From contig NC_057718.1 in assembly GCF_004010195.1 (NCBI RefSeq), positions 81,565,718 through 81,598,852 of the forward strand: DNA of 33,135 bases. The letters are read 5' to 3'. The notes under the pieces were generated by a model. It saw nothing but the letters and a program-made list of their open reading frames with translations, was not told the DNA's origin and did not search any database. Below, piece after piece: positions 1 through 11,040 of this stretch (positions are counted from its first letter, which is position 1; each line of letters starts with the position of its first letter). Source of the stretch: Chiloscyllium plagiosum. Lineage: Eukaryota. A program made the position numbers and the translations under genes.

Positions 1-146
1 ACCCCCACCCTCCTCTAGCTTATCTCTTCACGCTTCAGGCTCACTGCCTTTATTCCTGATGAAGGGCTTTTGCCCGAAACGTCGATTTCAAAGCTCCTTA
101 GATGCTGCCTGAACTGCTGTGCTCTTCCAGCACCACTAATCCAGAG
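1..146 (+). mobile_element. Penelope-like element 3' terminal (pLTR) fragment
   Basis: C/T-rich tract, then an HHR motif, then the tail GATGCTGCCTGAACTGCTGTGCTCTTCCAGCA. The same tail occurs in the GIY-YIG-bearing PLE at 32624-33135. Confidence 0.8.
52..87 (+). ncRNA. Minimal type I hammerhead ribozyme motif (PLE-associated)
   Basis: CTGATGA (56-62), A, GGGC-TTTT-GCCC, GAAA (76-79), CGTC. ACGT palindrome at helix III; GUC cleavage triplet at 81-83. Confidence 0.8.
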
Positions 147-149
147 TTT

Positions 150-235
150 GAGGTGTCATGGTCTGACTCATTGTGGCAATGGAGATGGCTTTGGATGGTC
201 ATGTTGGAAAGGGAGTGGGAAGTGGAATTAAAATA
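150..235 (-). mobile_element. Inverted PLE GIY-YIG C-terminal fragment
   Basis: Minus strand reads YFNSTSHSLSNMTIQSHLHCHNESDH, homologous to the plus-strand copy at 266-339. Confidence 0.7.
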
Positions 236-247
236 GGAAAGTGAATA

Positions 248-745
248 CCTCCCAGTCACCACCCAATTTAAATCCCCCTCCCACTCCCTTTCCGACATGA
301 CCATCCTTGGCCTCCTCCATTGCCACAATGAGTCAGACCGCAAATTGGAGGCACAACATCTTACCTTCCACCTGTGCAGCTTACAGCCCAGAGGACTCAA
401 CACTGAATTCTCTAATTTCAAATAACCTTCCTTCCCATCGCCCAACTCCCTTCCCAGCCCCTCTCCCTCCATTTCATTCCTCTCATTGACCCTTCCTTCC
501 AGCTACCAACCGGATTCCTTCCTCCCATCGACCAACCAAGTCGTACCCTCTATCTGTGTTCACCTATCCTCACCTCACTACCCTGCTCCCCGCCACCCCC
601 TATATCTGCAGCTCCCCTTCCACTCACCCCTAGTCTTGAAGAAGGGTTACACCTGAACGTCAACTTCTCCACCTCCTGATGCTTCCTGGCTTGTTGTGTT
701 CTTCCACCCTCCTGTTTGTCTACCTTGGATTCCAGCTTCTACAGT
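248..745 (+). mobile_element. 5'-truncated Penelope-like element (GIY-YIG C-terminus, 3' region, degenerate HHR)
   Basis: Reads LPVTTQFKSPSHSLSDMTILGLLHCHNESDRKLEAQHLTFHLCSLQP, then a frameshift, then GLNTEFSNFK*. This aligns with the ORF at 32872-33099. It is followed by a C-rich tract and an HHR remnant. Confidence 0.8.
632..665 (+). ncRNA. Degenerate minimal hammerhead ribozyme motif
   Basis: agtc-TTGAAGA-A-GGGT-TAC-ACCT-GAA-CGTC-aact. C3 is mutated and one core A is lost. Helix I agtc/aact is consistent with CpG decay of agtc/gact. Confidence 0.6.
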
Positions 746-764
746 TTTGTTGTCACTAACCCAG

Positions 765-1279
765 GTCAGTGAGATCACAGGTGGGAGATCAGAATGAGGG
801 AAGCAAGATGACAGAGAGAGACAGTGGGATGACATTGTGGTAGCAATTGTACCCAAACATCTGAGACCATCACCATTTGAGAGTAGTTGCCATGGAGACA
901 CGAGACAGAAATCAGATGGAGTAATCTTAGGGTAATAATCTTGGGGAGAGATTGTGAGAAAAAGAAAACCTACAGTAGAAGATTGTGCCAAAGGCATTGC
1001 TGCAGAAAATCAGAGAGGAATGATTGTGGGCAAAGGAATTGTGCAGATTGAGATTGCATGGAGAAAGGTTCACAAATGAGAAATCTTGTAGGATTTGTGG
1101 TTGGAGGAGCTGAAGTGACCAGGAACAATTGGAGGACGTAGATTGCAGGAAGACATTGGGGAAAGACTGAGTCATCATGAAATCATTAGATATAGATCAA
1201 TGGGGGAGGCATTGTATTCCAGCATGTGACCAAACTGGGGTGACTGTGGGAGGGGAGGTAACTGGGTAAGAGGGCAGAC
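765..1279 (+). repeat. Purine-rich degenerate tandem repeat (GAGATCATGGGA..ACATTGTGG-like units); resumes at about 2180-2335
   Basis: Recurring gagatca, gagaccat, gacattgtgg and gagattgtg words; a similar array lies at 9560-9935. Confidence 0.5.
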
Positions 1280-2176
1280 TTGTGTTATCACCTTTTGAAG
1301 TGATGTTCCTGTCAGAAATCAACATGCAAATAAACAAAGTATCCAGATGTCATTGACTAGACTCAGGATTACAGGCTTGCTGTATTGTAGCAGTGTAAGA
1401 ACAGACTCGGCCTGGACATTTAGAAATCCTCCATTGCACACCATGTAAATGGAATTTAGATAATGTTAAGAATATTGCTTCAGGGTTCACAGCTGTTTTT
1501 TTCTTTAAATACAGAACAAAGGAAAAAACAACTTTTTGAGCTTAAAGATCAAAGGGAGAAGATGCTAAATAAAATATAACAGTGATCCAGAAGTTTCTCC
1601 AGAACACCAAAAATAAAATGTCTTCATAAACGTTCCAAGTTAATGCAGCAGTCAGCTGAGTCGAATCTGCCCTTTCTAAAAGTTATTCCAAACCTGATTG
1701 GCTATTGGGAGTCAGCCCTTTACTGAAGTAAGCTGAAGCACATCTAAATTCAAACAACAAAATCAAAGCAGGAACAATGCAGATCCATCAGAACGTGCCT
1801 AAAAATAAGTTTCAAACCAAAAGTAGAAAAGGATCACTGAGTACAGTTTTTAAAGCACAGAAGGATGGATACTTAAACCCCTTCCAACACCTCGCCCCAC
1901 CCCGCCCCACAAAATGTATTGGAATGCCTCAGATCTCCTATCTGAGTTCAAAACATTAAATAAAGGATGCAACTATGCTTCAAAGACCAAGCATTTGCAG
2001 AACTGGTTATGTATGCTGTGAAAAAACTGAATACTGTTAACAAGAGGTGACACACAATCAACAGCTCAGAACTAACTGAACAGAATCAGAACAACTCAAT
2101 AATGAAGTAGAAAATGCAAGGAGATCAGTTCACATTGAGCTCTTAAAAAGATATGATTGCAAAGTTGATAACACAA
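1280..2176. mobile_element. Inverted-repeat-bounded insertion (MITE or solo LTR)
   Basis: TTGTGTTATCACCTTTT at 1280-1296 matches the reverse complement of 2160-2176 (TTGTGTTATCAACTTTG) at 15/17. The A-rich interior interrupts the purine repeat. No clear TSD. Confidence 0.4.
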
Positions 2177-2339
2177 TAACTAGGTTGAGAGGTACTTGGG
2201 ACAGAATGGATTGTGGAGGAGAGATTACATGGAAGATCATGGGATGACATTGTGTTACTCATGTCACAGGTGAGTTATTTCACAGCAGAGATTGAGGGGG
2301 TATGGGGTAGAGAGATCTGATAGAAAATGTGTGGGGTGG

Positions 2340-3060
2340 GGACATAGAAGCAGGAATAGGTCATTTAGACCCTGGTCCTACCTTCCCCCTCCCCCACATT
2401 CACTGTGATCATGGCTCATTTGTGACAGGGCGGCACGGTGGCTCAGTAGTTAGCACTGCTGCCTCACAGCACCAGGTTCCCAGGTTCGATTCCAGCCTCG
2501 GGCAACTATCTGTGTGGAGTTTGCACACTCTCCCCGTGTCTGCGTGGGTTTCCTTTGGGTGCTCTGGTTTCCTCCCACAGTCCAAACATGTGCAGGTTAG
2601 GTGAATTGACTATGCTAAATTGCCCGTAGTGTTACGTGCATTAGTCAGGGGTAAATGTAGGGGAATGGGTCTGGGTGTCGGTGTGGACTTGTTGGGCCAA
2701 AGAGCCTGTTTCCACTCTCTAGGGAAACTAATCTTTGCCCCACATCTTTCAATACCTTTGGATGAAAATGTGTTTTGAACTCAGTTTTAAGGTTAACACT
2801 TAATGTATGATCAATTGATGTTTGTGGAAGAGAATTCTGGATTTCTACCACCTTTTACATTCAGACGTTTCTCTCCTACAATGTTTAAGTTTAATTTTTA
2901 GGCAATGTCCCATTCCTAGCCTCCTTACCAGTGTAATAGTTCCTTTCTAACACCCTTTATGTTCCCCATAGCATTGGGAAAACTTCATTCAAATTACCCT
3001 TTAACATCACCGAGAAAGCGTTCCTAGCTTCTGTCATTTTACCTTGAATTTAAGCCATGG
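2340..3060 (-). mobile_element. Old CR1-type LINE 3' end, split by an HE1 SINE
   Basis: Starts gacatagaagcaggaataggtcattta, resembling the CR1 3' end at 5853, and continues after the SINE. Confidence 0.55.
2428..2733 (+). mobile_element. HE1-like tRNA-derived V-SINE
   Basis: A box (TGGCTCAGTAG), B box (GGTTCGATTCC), V-domain (TGTGTGGAGTTTGCAC...GGTTTCCTCCCAC) and a CR1-like tail. Confidence 0.9.
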
Positions 3061-3501
3061 TGACTCTCACCCAGCTCTCCCACTATGGTGAATATATTGT
3101 TATTAAGGTTAGAACTGCTGACAGTACTCAAATCACTGTCAAAGCAGAGCACTGAATAGTGGAATCGTTCTAACTTATACTGCAGTCCTCCTGATATAAA
3201 AACCTCCTGATACAAAAGAATTGATTCAGTCTTTTTGTTTCGAATGGAACAAAATGCATTAAATGAGTGCTGCTTGTCTGCATTGTGAGAGAAACCAGGA
3301 ATTTGGTGAGTGAAGAGATCTTGAAGAGTAATCTGTCTCAATAGTCTTGTTTATATTTCACAATTAACTAAAAACTACAGTTTAAAAGTAAGTAGCTTTT
3401 TCCCAGTCTTAGACAAGAATTGTATTGTCTGAGAGCAACTGTCAAGCTGGATTCTGTGCTTCAGCAAAATTAACTCATTATTTTTCAAAAGGTAAAAGAG
3501 T

Positions 3502-3608
3502 AGGGCTATTGTGGTTCAGTGATCGTGACACTACCTCTGGGTCAGGAGATACAGGTTCAAGTTCCAATGGCTCACAATGTGTCTAAACAAGTTAATTAAA
3601 AAGTATCT
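3502..3608 (+). mobile_element. Short (~110 bp) tRNA-derived SINE, copy 1
   Basis: GTGGTTCAGTG A-box-like motif, CTACCTCTG, GGTTCAAGTTCC B-box-like motif; similar to 3636-3740 and 7143-7258. Confidence 0.55.
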
Positions 3609-3635
3609 AACTTTGAGAGTGATTGCAATTTTAGA

Positions 3636-3740
3636 AGAGTTCTTGTGGTGCGGTGGTAATGCTCCTACCTCTGGACAATGAAGCCCAGGTTCAAACCCGA
3701 CTCATTCTGCACACCTCTGAACAGGTTAGAAACATATCTA
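3636..3740 (+). mobile_element. Short (~105 bp) tRNA-derived SINE, copy 2
   Basis: GTGGTGCGGTGG, CCTACCTCTG, GGTTCAAACCC, and tail TCTGAACAGGTTAGAAACATATC. Confidence 0.6.
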
Positions 3741-3769
3741 GAAATGAAGGGCCTCTGAGTGCTGCCGAT

Positions 3770-4975
3770 CTGCACTAAATGTGAAGTCAGGAGTTTGGTG
3801 AGTGAGGAACTTTGGTGAAAAGGGTAATTATAAATTAAGAGAAAAATATGACTAACACAGTAAATGTGGCAGAATGGGTGATACTTCAACCATGTCTGTA
3901 ATTAATGTTTGTGGCTTGATCACTTCAGCTCAGAGTTCATGGGCTGCAGGACAAGCTTCTGGCTTTGTAATCGACCAGAGAGCTGAAGGTTCACTGGACA
4001 TTTTGTTCTTGAAGTTAGTTCAGTTAAGGCAGTCCTTTGGTTAACGTCATCTGATTTAGTCAGTGGCAGGGACAGTGAGGCAGATACGGGAATCAGGAAT
4101 AAGACAGTAAGATGTAGGAGCAGAAGAAGGCCATTTGGCCCATCAAGGCATCTAGATGGGCATATGAATAGAAAGGGTTTAGAGGGGTATGGGCCACATG
4201 CTTCAGCTGTAACATCTCACCCAACCTACCTTCTCTGTTGTATTTTGTTTAAGTATTTAAATTATTCAAGTATCTCTGTTGTATATACTTGAAGAATCCT
4301 TTTGTTTTTACATAAGAAGATGGAGCAGAGGAATCTTAACTATTATAACTGAGTTTGATGTTCTTGTAGCTTGTCAGGACAAGAAGTTGGCTATACTGTG
4401 GATGAACAGATTGAGCATAGCACTATGATACAGGACGATATCCAAGTTCAGGAGTGGGCAGGCATGTTAAAGGTGTGTAGTGCTAATTGGGGAACTGTGT
4501 AGTCAGGGCAATAGATACTGTTCTCTGAACCAGGGAGAATACAGAAGGTTGTGTTGCTGGCCCAGTGTCAGGGTTCAGGACATCAGCTTGGGGCTAGAGA
4601 GGAACCTGCACTGGATTGGGAAGATCAAGTTGTCATGGGTTACGGAGATAGCAGCAACCTAGAAAAGACTAACAAAATGGTTCTACATCGGGAGTACAAG
4701 GAGCATGACACTAAATTAATAAGGTTCAAAGGCAGTTGTCCCTGGATAATTACCCAAGCCACATTCAAATTAGTGTAAGGTAAATATGATTAGAGAGTCA
4801 CAAAAACTGGCACAGGAGAAGTAGGTTTCAGTTCAGTGACCTCTAGCACCAATACTGGGGAAAGTGGGGGGAGCTGTACCATTGGGATGTGCCTTCACCT
4901 GAATGGTGCTGGGCTAGTGTTCTAGCACATAATATAACTAGGAAAGTAGAAAGAGTTGTAAACTAAATAAGCATA
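3770..4975 (+). mobile_element. Decayed CR1 5' region / ORF1 (zinc finger-leucine zipper remnant and SGNH esterase domain)
   Basis: Frameshifted fragments VVLIG, RRLCCWPSVRVQDISLGLERNLHW, EDQVVMGYGDSSNLEKTNKMVLHREYKE and LHLNGAG match the esterase blocks of CR1 ORF1 (GDS, CLPGA, HVGTND, GLHL). Confidence 0.65.
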
Positions 4976-5852
4976 GCTGGCACTCCTGATCTCTAATCCT
5001 AGAAGACATTTAACACCACACCCCACACTTCACTTGTCCTTAGATACATTGTATTTAAAGACTCTCTTTGAGAGCAAGCAACTGTTTCCCCACACCCCAT
5101 TGGTTCACTCACATTTTCTTGTTGTCCAGCAGGAGAACATCAGTACAGGCATGAATTCAGACAACTCCAAACATAAGCTTTCATTTCTAGCTAGCAAAAG
5201 GGAACATTAAGGAAATGAGTCCAGGATACAGTTGCACCCACAATGCGAACCTAATGCTGCATCTTGACCTTGCCAGTCCATGATGATCTTCTGCTCATAG
5301 CTTCCATCTAATAGAAACCCTCCTCTTCCTCCATCCTCTCAGGTAAGTTCCTGCTGATACGTAGCCCATCTGTGTATCTATGCAAAAGAACTCATCAATA
5401 CGACAATACTAATAGCCTTTCTCTCTGGTTGAAGCATCAATATGCTAACTAACATGGGATGACAAGCATAGCATGGTATGGAAGCTGTGAGCCTGCAGAT
5501 AGATGCTCAGTGAGTGAATGCTACAAGAGCAAATGAGCAGCCATGAGATGCAGCCTAGTCCAATCTGTGCAATAGATCTGTATCTCTATGCACAAAGTAT
5601 CCTTTCAATGCTAAATTGCAATTGGACACAGCAGTGCGAGTTTGGGCTTCCAGACTGTCCTGCAAATGTGTTGGAGAAGTGTCTCAATGGTCACGAGAGG
5701 TTGGCAAGTTTCAGATTGCCATGTCCCTGGATGATAGAGTGCAAGAGTGTAACCATTGATCATGCCCTGAGATGCTGTTTGGTATTGAGCAGAATGGAGG
5801 CTTCTCAGCTAGTAGTGAGCCTGAAGTCACCAGTTACCCCATTGTGACATCC

Positions 5853-6335
5853 ATAAGACATAGGAGCAGAAATTAGACCATTCAGCCCTTTGAGTCTGTC
5901 CTGCCATTCAATCATGGCTGAGAAGTTTCTCAACCCCATTCTCCTGCTTTCTCCCTGTAACCCTTGATCCTCTTGATAATCAAGAACCTATCTTCATCTT
6001 AAATATATTCAATGACCTGGCTCCCACAACCTTCTGTGGCAGTGAATTCCATAGATTCACCATTCTCTGGCTGAAGAAGTTTCTACTTATCTCCTTTCTA
6101 AAAGGTCGTCCCTTACTCTAAGGCTGTGCCTTGGGTCCTAGTCTCTCCCAGCAATGGAAACATCTTACTAACATCCACTCTGTCCAGGCCATTCAGTATT
6201 CTGTAAGTTTCTATTAGGTTCCACCTCCCCCCCCCCCCCCCATACTTCTAAATTCCATCGAGTATAGACCCAGAGTCCTCAAACATTCCTGTTATATTAA
6301 GCTTTTCATTCCCGGGACCATTCTCGTGAATCTCC
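5853..6335 (-). mobile_element. 5'-truncated CR1-type LINE 3' end
   Basis: Begins cataagacataggagcagaaattagaccattcagccc. Includes the reverse complement of the ORF2 C-terminus (NFFSQRMVNLWNSLPQKVV). Confidence 0.85.
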
Positions 6336-6690
6336 GGCTGGAGATTTCTTTATATAGCTTGTTTGGTAGGACAGGAAGCTGAATATCAATGAAATGAATT
6401 GAGCTGTTAACAAAGTGTTTAACAATCTATAATCTATAACCCCCATAATTAGCAATTCTCTGCTGCCAAGCGAGGGACTTGGCATATCACTCGGCAAAAA
6501 TATAAAAGCATTACATTCCTGAGACTGAGCTAGGCCTTATCAGACTTCTCGTATGATTCTGACACAAATCTTGCCATCGCCAATATCATTCAGAGTTTCC
6601 ACCCATAAAGTAAGAATAAATCAGTCATTTTTAGGTTGGTAGGTTGTGAGCAGGAATATACTGCAAAAATCCATGGATGAGCTACTTATC

Positions 6691-6718
6691 CTGAAGAAGG
6701 GCTTATGCCCGAAACGTC
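6691..6718 (+). ncRNA. Minimal hammerhead ribozyme motif
   Basis: CTGAAGA-A-GGGC-TTAT-GCCC-GAAA-CGTC; the core is intact. Confidence 0.8.
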
Positions 6719-6815
6719 TATTCTCCTGCTTCTTGGATGCTGCCTGACCTGCTGCGTTTTTCCAGCAACACATTTTTCAGCTCTGATCTCCAGCATCTGC
6801 AGTCCTCACTTTCTC
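6691..6815 (+). mobile_element. 125-bp PLE-derived insert starting exactly at the HHR core, 9-bp TSD
   Basis: TSD CTACTTATC at 6682-6690 and 6816-6824. Confidence 0.85.
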
Positions 6816-7142
6816 CTACTTATCTGTGTCAGTCATTTCGATCTGGAAATTATTGTAATATTTCCAATTTTGCAGATAACACATAGCAGGATGCAAGTGT
6901 AAGATAAAAAGATGCTTCAAGTGGATTTAAGGAGGATTAGAATAAATAAAAAAATTGTCAGATGGACTGCAATATAGAGAAATGTAAGGTAATCCTCTTC
7001 GGTGGGAAAAGTAGCAATATCGAGTATTTCTTAAATGGTGAGAAGCTGGGAAGTGTTGAACTTAAAGGGGATTTAGGCGTCCATATTTCTGAGTCATTAA
7101 CAGTTAACATGCAGGTAAAACAAGTGATACAGACAAACGATA

Positions 7143-7258
7143 GATATTTTCAAACAACCAGTTCAGAGTTATTATGACATACCTCTAGAGCAGGTGGGAT
7201 TTGAGCCCCAGCTTTCTTGCTCAGAGGTAGGGACATTATCAAGGCACCACAAGTGCCT
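7143..7258 (-). mobile_element. Short tRNA-derived SINE, copy 3 (inside CR1)
   Basis: Reverse complement reads CTTGTGGTGC..CCCTACCTCTGAG..GGCTCAAATCCC..TCTGAACTGGTTG..AAAATATC, matching the 3502 and 3636 copies. Confidence 0.6.
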
Positions 7259-7654
7259 CCTGACATCAAGTAAAGTATGAATGTAACAATGTCTTACTGC
7301 CTTGATGAGACCACACCTGGAGTACTGTGTGCCATTTTGATTTTTACCTACAGAAAGATATCTTTGCCGAAAGGGAATGCAACAAATGTTGATCATACTC
7401 ATAACTGGGATGGATGGATTGTTGTGCAAAGAAAGCTTTAAATGACTGGGGCTTTATCCTCCAGAATGTAAGAGAGTGAAAGGTGATCTCATTCAAACAT
7501 ACAAATTCATACAGGGCTTGATAGATACAGGATGAATGTTTTCCTTGGCTGAGGCATTCTAGAAGCAGGGAACACACAGTAGGAATATTGGGCAGGCAAC
7601 ATCATGAGCAGACAATGGAGCATTATAAATGGAAAGAAATACAAATAAATTACT

Positions 7655-8440
7655 AATTCGTTTGAAAAGGGATGTTGGGGCCATGGATGGCGATTAGGGA
7701 GGAGATAAAAATGCAGGTAGTGTATCTGCTGCATTTACACAGAAGGAATAAGAGTGGGAATTGTGGATCTCTGAAGGAGAAGTGTATCAGAATGTTGTAG
7801 AGTGACTGAGAAGGTTGAAATGAGAGTGAAAGGTGTATTTGGTGATTGCATCTCACTGGAGGCAGTGTATGATGATCCATTGACTACAGAAGCTGGGGAT
7901 GTGGAAAGTGAGACTATGAGAAGTTCTAACATGGTTCTAAATTAAAAGGGGAAGGGGTGAGGGCAGAAGTGCATGAAGTAAAGTCATAGGTCCTGCCAAC
8001 AATAGTGTGCTATTCTTTGTAGGCTGAGAAAATTAAAAATCAATCAGATAGGAAAATGGAATAAAGTCATCACAGAATGTGGGGTGTAAAGAAGTTATTT
8101 AAGGTAGCTGTGTTTGTTAATGGGCCTGTACTGATTATTAGTGGTTAGCCCATCCCCACAAATGTAGACAAGTCAAGGATGTGAGGGGAGGAATTGGAGA
8201 TGGACCAGATGGCAGTGAGATAAGGGAGGAAATTAGAAACAAAATCACTAGAATTTTCTAGTTCAGTGTGACAGCAGGGAGTGGCACTGTCAGAGTCACT
8301 AATATACTGGTATAGGATGAGAATAAAGAATATCGTACATATGCCTCAAAAGACTAGCATACCAGATATCCATAACAACAGTTTCTATTTGGAGGAAGTC
8401 ACAAGTGTTGAAACTTGCAAGGGACATCCAAATCAATCAG
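7655..8440 (-). mobile_element. Decayed Penelope-like RT and Cys-rich linker
   Basis: QYISD at 8295-8309 (YIDD-like), followed by CCHTELENSSDFVSNFLPYLTAIWSISNSSPHILDL. The linker LCKCSRYTTCIFISSLIAIHGP is typical of PLE ORFs. Confidence 0.7.
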
Positions 8441-8469
8441 AAGTGATGTGATAGTTATATAAAGGGAAA

Positions 8470-8872
8470 GCGGGCAGCCAGGAGCAATGCTGGCCCACTA
8501 AAGATGTAAGTGGGGATATTGTAAATGATTATGGGGAAATGGCAGACATGTTGAATAATTACTTTGCCTCTGTATTTACGGTAGATACAGAATAGAGAGA
8601 CATGGGGAGTGAGCAGGAAAGTGGGTTTCTTGCCCTAGATCAGCCAAGATTGTATTAAGACCATAAGAAATAAGAACAGCAGTAGGCAGTTTGGCCCTTC
8701 AAGCCCACTATGACATTCAATAGGCTCAGGGCTGATCTGGCTTTCCTCATGTCTACTTCCCAGCATTTTCTCCATAGTCCTTGGTTCCCTGACTGACCAA
8801 CTATTGAGTTGCAGAGCAAGCCTAACTGGCCATATATCCTACTTCTGCTGCTAGGTATTGTGTTCTTGTATT
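8470..8872. mobile_element. Mosaic of CR1 fragments (plus-strand ORF2 piece and 3' end; minus-strand 3' end at about 8660-8800)
   Basis: GEMADMLNNYFASVFT on plus; ccataagaaataagaacagcagtaggc begins a reversed CR1 tail. Confidence 0.65.
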
Positions 8873-9020
8873 TTGTGTACAACAAGGGACTGGTTATTGT
8901 GTAAAACTTCAGGGGGTTTGACATGGAACTTAATGTATTGCAGAATGCATTGCATTGGAGAAAATTGAATGGCATTGCATTTCATATTCTGTTTGATAAT
9001 GTGTTCTTATAAATTTAGCA

Positions 9021-9338
9021 TTAGATTACTTACAGTGTGAAAACAGGCCCTTTGGCCCAACATGTCCACACCGACCCGCCAAAGCGCAACCCACCCAGAC
9101 CCATTCCCCTACATTTACCCCTTCACCTAACACTACAGGCAATTTAGCATGACCAATTCACCTAACCTGCACATTTTTGGACTGTGGGAGGAAACCGAAG
9201 CTCCCAGTGGAAACCCACACAGACACGGGGAGAATGTGCAAACTCCACACAGTCAGTCATCTGAGGTGGGAATTGAACCCAGGTCTCTGGCGCTGTGAGG
9301 CAGCAATGCTAACCACTGTGTCACCGTGCCGCCCACGG
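9021..9338 (-). mobile_element. HE1-like V-SINE
   Basis: Close reverse-complement match to 15705-16023. Confidence 0.92.
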
Positions 9339-9384
9339 GATATTATTGAAAAACAATTCCATGTTTAAAATATTTCTTCCTCAC

Positions 9385-9438
9385 CTTGGTTGCTTTCCCA
9401 TCACATCCTGAGAGGTTTACCAATAGCTGAAGACCCAT
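9385..9438 (-). CDS. Candidate 54-nt exon (MGLQLLVNLSGCDGKATK)
   Basis: Acceptor cattaaccccttctggttttctgcaag; donor AAG|GTGAGG; phase 0-0; no homology recognised. Confidence 0.2.
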
Positions 9439-9559
9439 CTTGCAGAAAACCAGAAGGGGTTAATGAGATCCCAAACCCCCATCAGTTTCCAGGACTTTCC
9501 TGCATCCTTCAGAAGCTGACTCTAACCAACTGGGTGATGACTGCTGAACACATCACAGG

Positions 9560-9935
9560 AAGGACCAACGGACTGTATCACAGGGAGCTGTCGTAGAAGC
9601 AGAGATCGGTCAGAGAGATCTTTGTAAGAGATTTTAGGGAAGAGATCATGGGAATGATTCCTAGAGAAGGATATGATTCCAGGAAGAAATCATGGGAGAC
9701 AATTCAGGGGGAGTGTAATGATGTGGGCAGGGATCGAATGGGAAGAGTTTGGGAAGAAATTGCCACAGTAATTATGGTATAGGTATCATCACATGTGATG
9801 ATGAAAGAGTACAATTGTGGGGTGTTATCTTGGGGGACTCTGGGAGATCTCATGAGATGGAGAGAGATGGTAAAAGAAAGATCAGTGCATGGGGTGATAA
9901 TATGAGGGAGAGTTTGGGGAGTCAACCGTCAATGG
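9560..9935 (+). repeat. Purine-rich degenerate tandem repeat
   Basis: Repeated gagagatc, atcatggga and aattgtgggg words; same style as 765-1279. Confidence 0.5.
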
Positions 9936-11040
9936 GTGGCAATCAGAATTTGTTATCTCTGGTTGCATATTTTTCACCCAGGGACTAATTTTGGGAGAGC
10001 AACCCTTTCACCACGCCAACAGCAAGAGTACTGGCACTGCCATACTGGCATATGCAGCCCTTTCTCAGACAGATGACCTCTGTGTAAAAGAAGTGCCAGA
10101 ATAGATCCCTGCACTAAATTGGTGAGTGATGAGCTAAGAAGATTCTGAGTCTGCCAAAACAAGCATCTTCCTTATAAAATACATTTCAGTGCTGAGCCAC
10201 AGTCTGAGCTACTATTGCCTAAACTTTGTATCTTCCATATATACTTATGAGTTAGCTTTGGGTCTCTCATGGAGACAATTGGCCTGAAATTAGAATGCCA
10301 GTAAAGTTGCCTCCAAAAATGCAAGAGGCTTCATTATTGAAATGAGGCTTGAGGCCCAATGATGGATGATCTTTGACCCTCCTTGTTAAGGTGTTCATTC
10401 CATTAATTTTGTTTTGTGCCCAAAGGTGGGTCTTAATTAATTTGTACTTTGTGATGTACTTATAGGTGGAAGAAATCCTATAGTTTGATTGAGATTATGG
10501 TCCTTGGAAGAAATAAGTTTCTCTGGGATCTGATTTTTTTGCTAAAACACCTAGCTTCCAGTATGTGATCATGTAACCAGATTGCCTGGAGAATAAATTG
10601 TAGGTAAAGATTCAACAAGTTGATTATAGGCCGAATAGATTTTGAGCATGTGACAGTTTCAAATAGGGTTCTATGTGTGCATTTGGGTTTTTTGAATAAC
10701 AAGCTGCAGAACAGGAAAATCCCCTCTCATAGTTCAGATGCAATTCTAGGTATGGGCTAAAACAGTTCAAAACGTTTGTTAAGTTAAGGAAACCCCATCA
10801 GTGAGTTGATATAGCCAACCTGAAGACAGAGGGAGAATTTAACTTGCAAAATTCAAAAATTAAAGAATATTACAACCAGGATAATTCTGATTCAAAGTGG
10901 TTACTCTTAAAATGTTGTTTAGAACAGTTGGAGAAAATTTGACATGACAACTTTTCTGAAAGTAAGTGGAAGGCCAAAGAAATCTCAACCTATACACAAA
11001 TCTTCAAAACAGCATTCAGGACCAATTATGAGAAGTACCT

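Larger units (their letters stand above)
6615..7620 (+). mobile_element. Decayed CR1 ORF2 reverse transcriptase fragment hosting two nested inserts
   Basis: FADNT (FADD-like); ORF 6962-7177 (NIEKCKVILFG...DLGVHISESL); ALMRPHLEYCV. Confidence 0.8.

Noticed and set aside
2428..2500. tRNA-like A and B boxes (also in the other SINE heads)
   Set aside because: They run directly into V-domain and LINE-derived tails and are repeated, so they are SINE heads rather than tRNA genes.
3043..3206. Minus-strand exon-like segment (EVFISGGLQYKLERFHYSVLCFD), faintly Kelch-like
   Set aside because: The donor falls inside a CR1 remnant, the acceptor is part of a short local duplication (CCTCCTGATA twice), and the Kelch resemblance covers only a few residues.
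4105..4202. Opposite-orientation CR1 tail pieces suggesting a twin-priming inversion
   Set aside because: The two pieces appear to come from different CR1 families and no TSD is visible.
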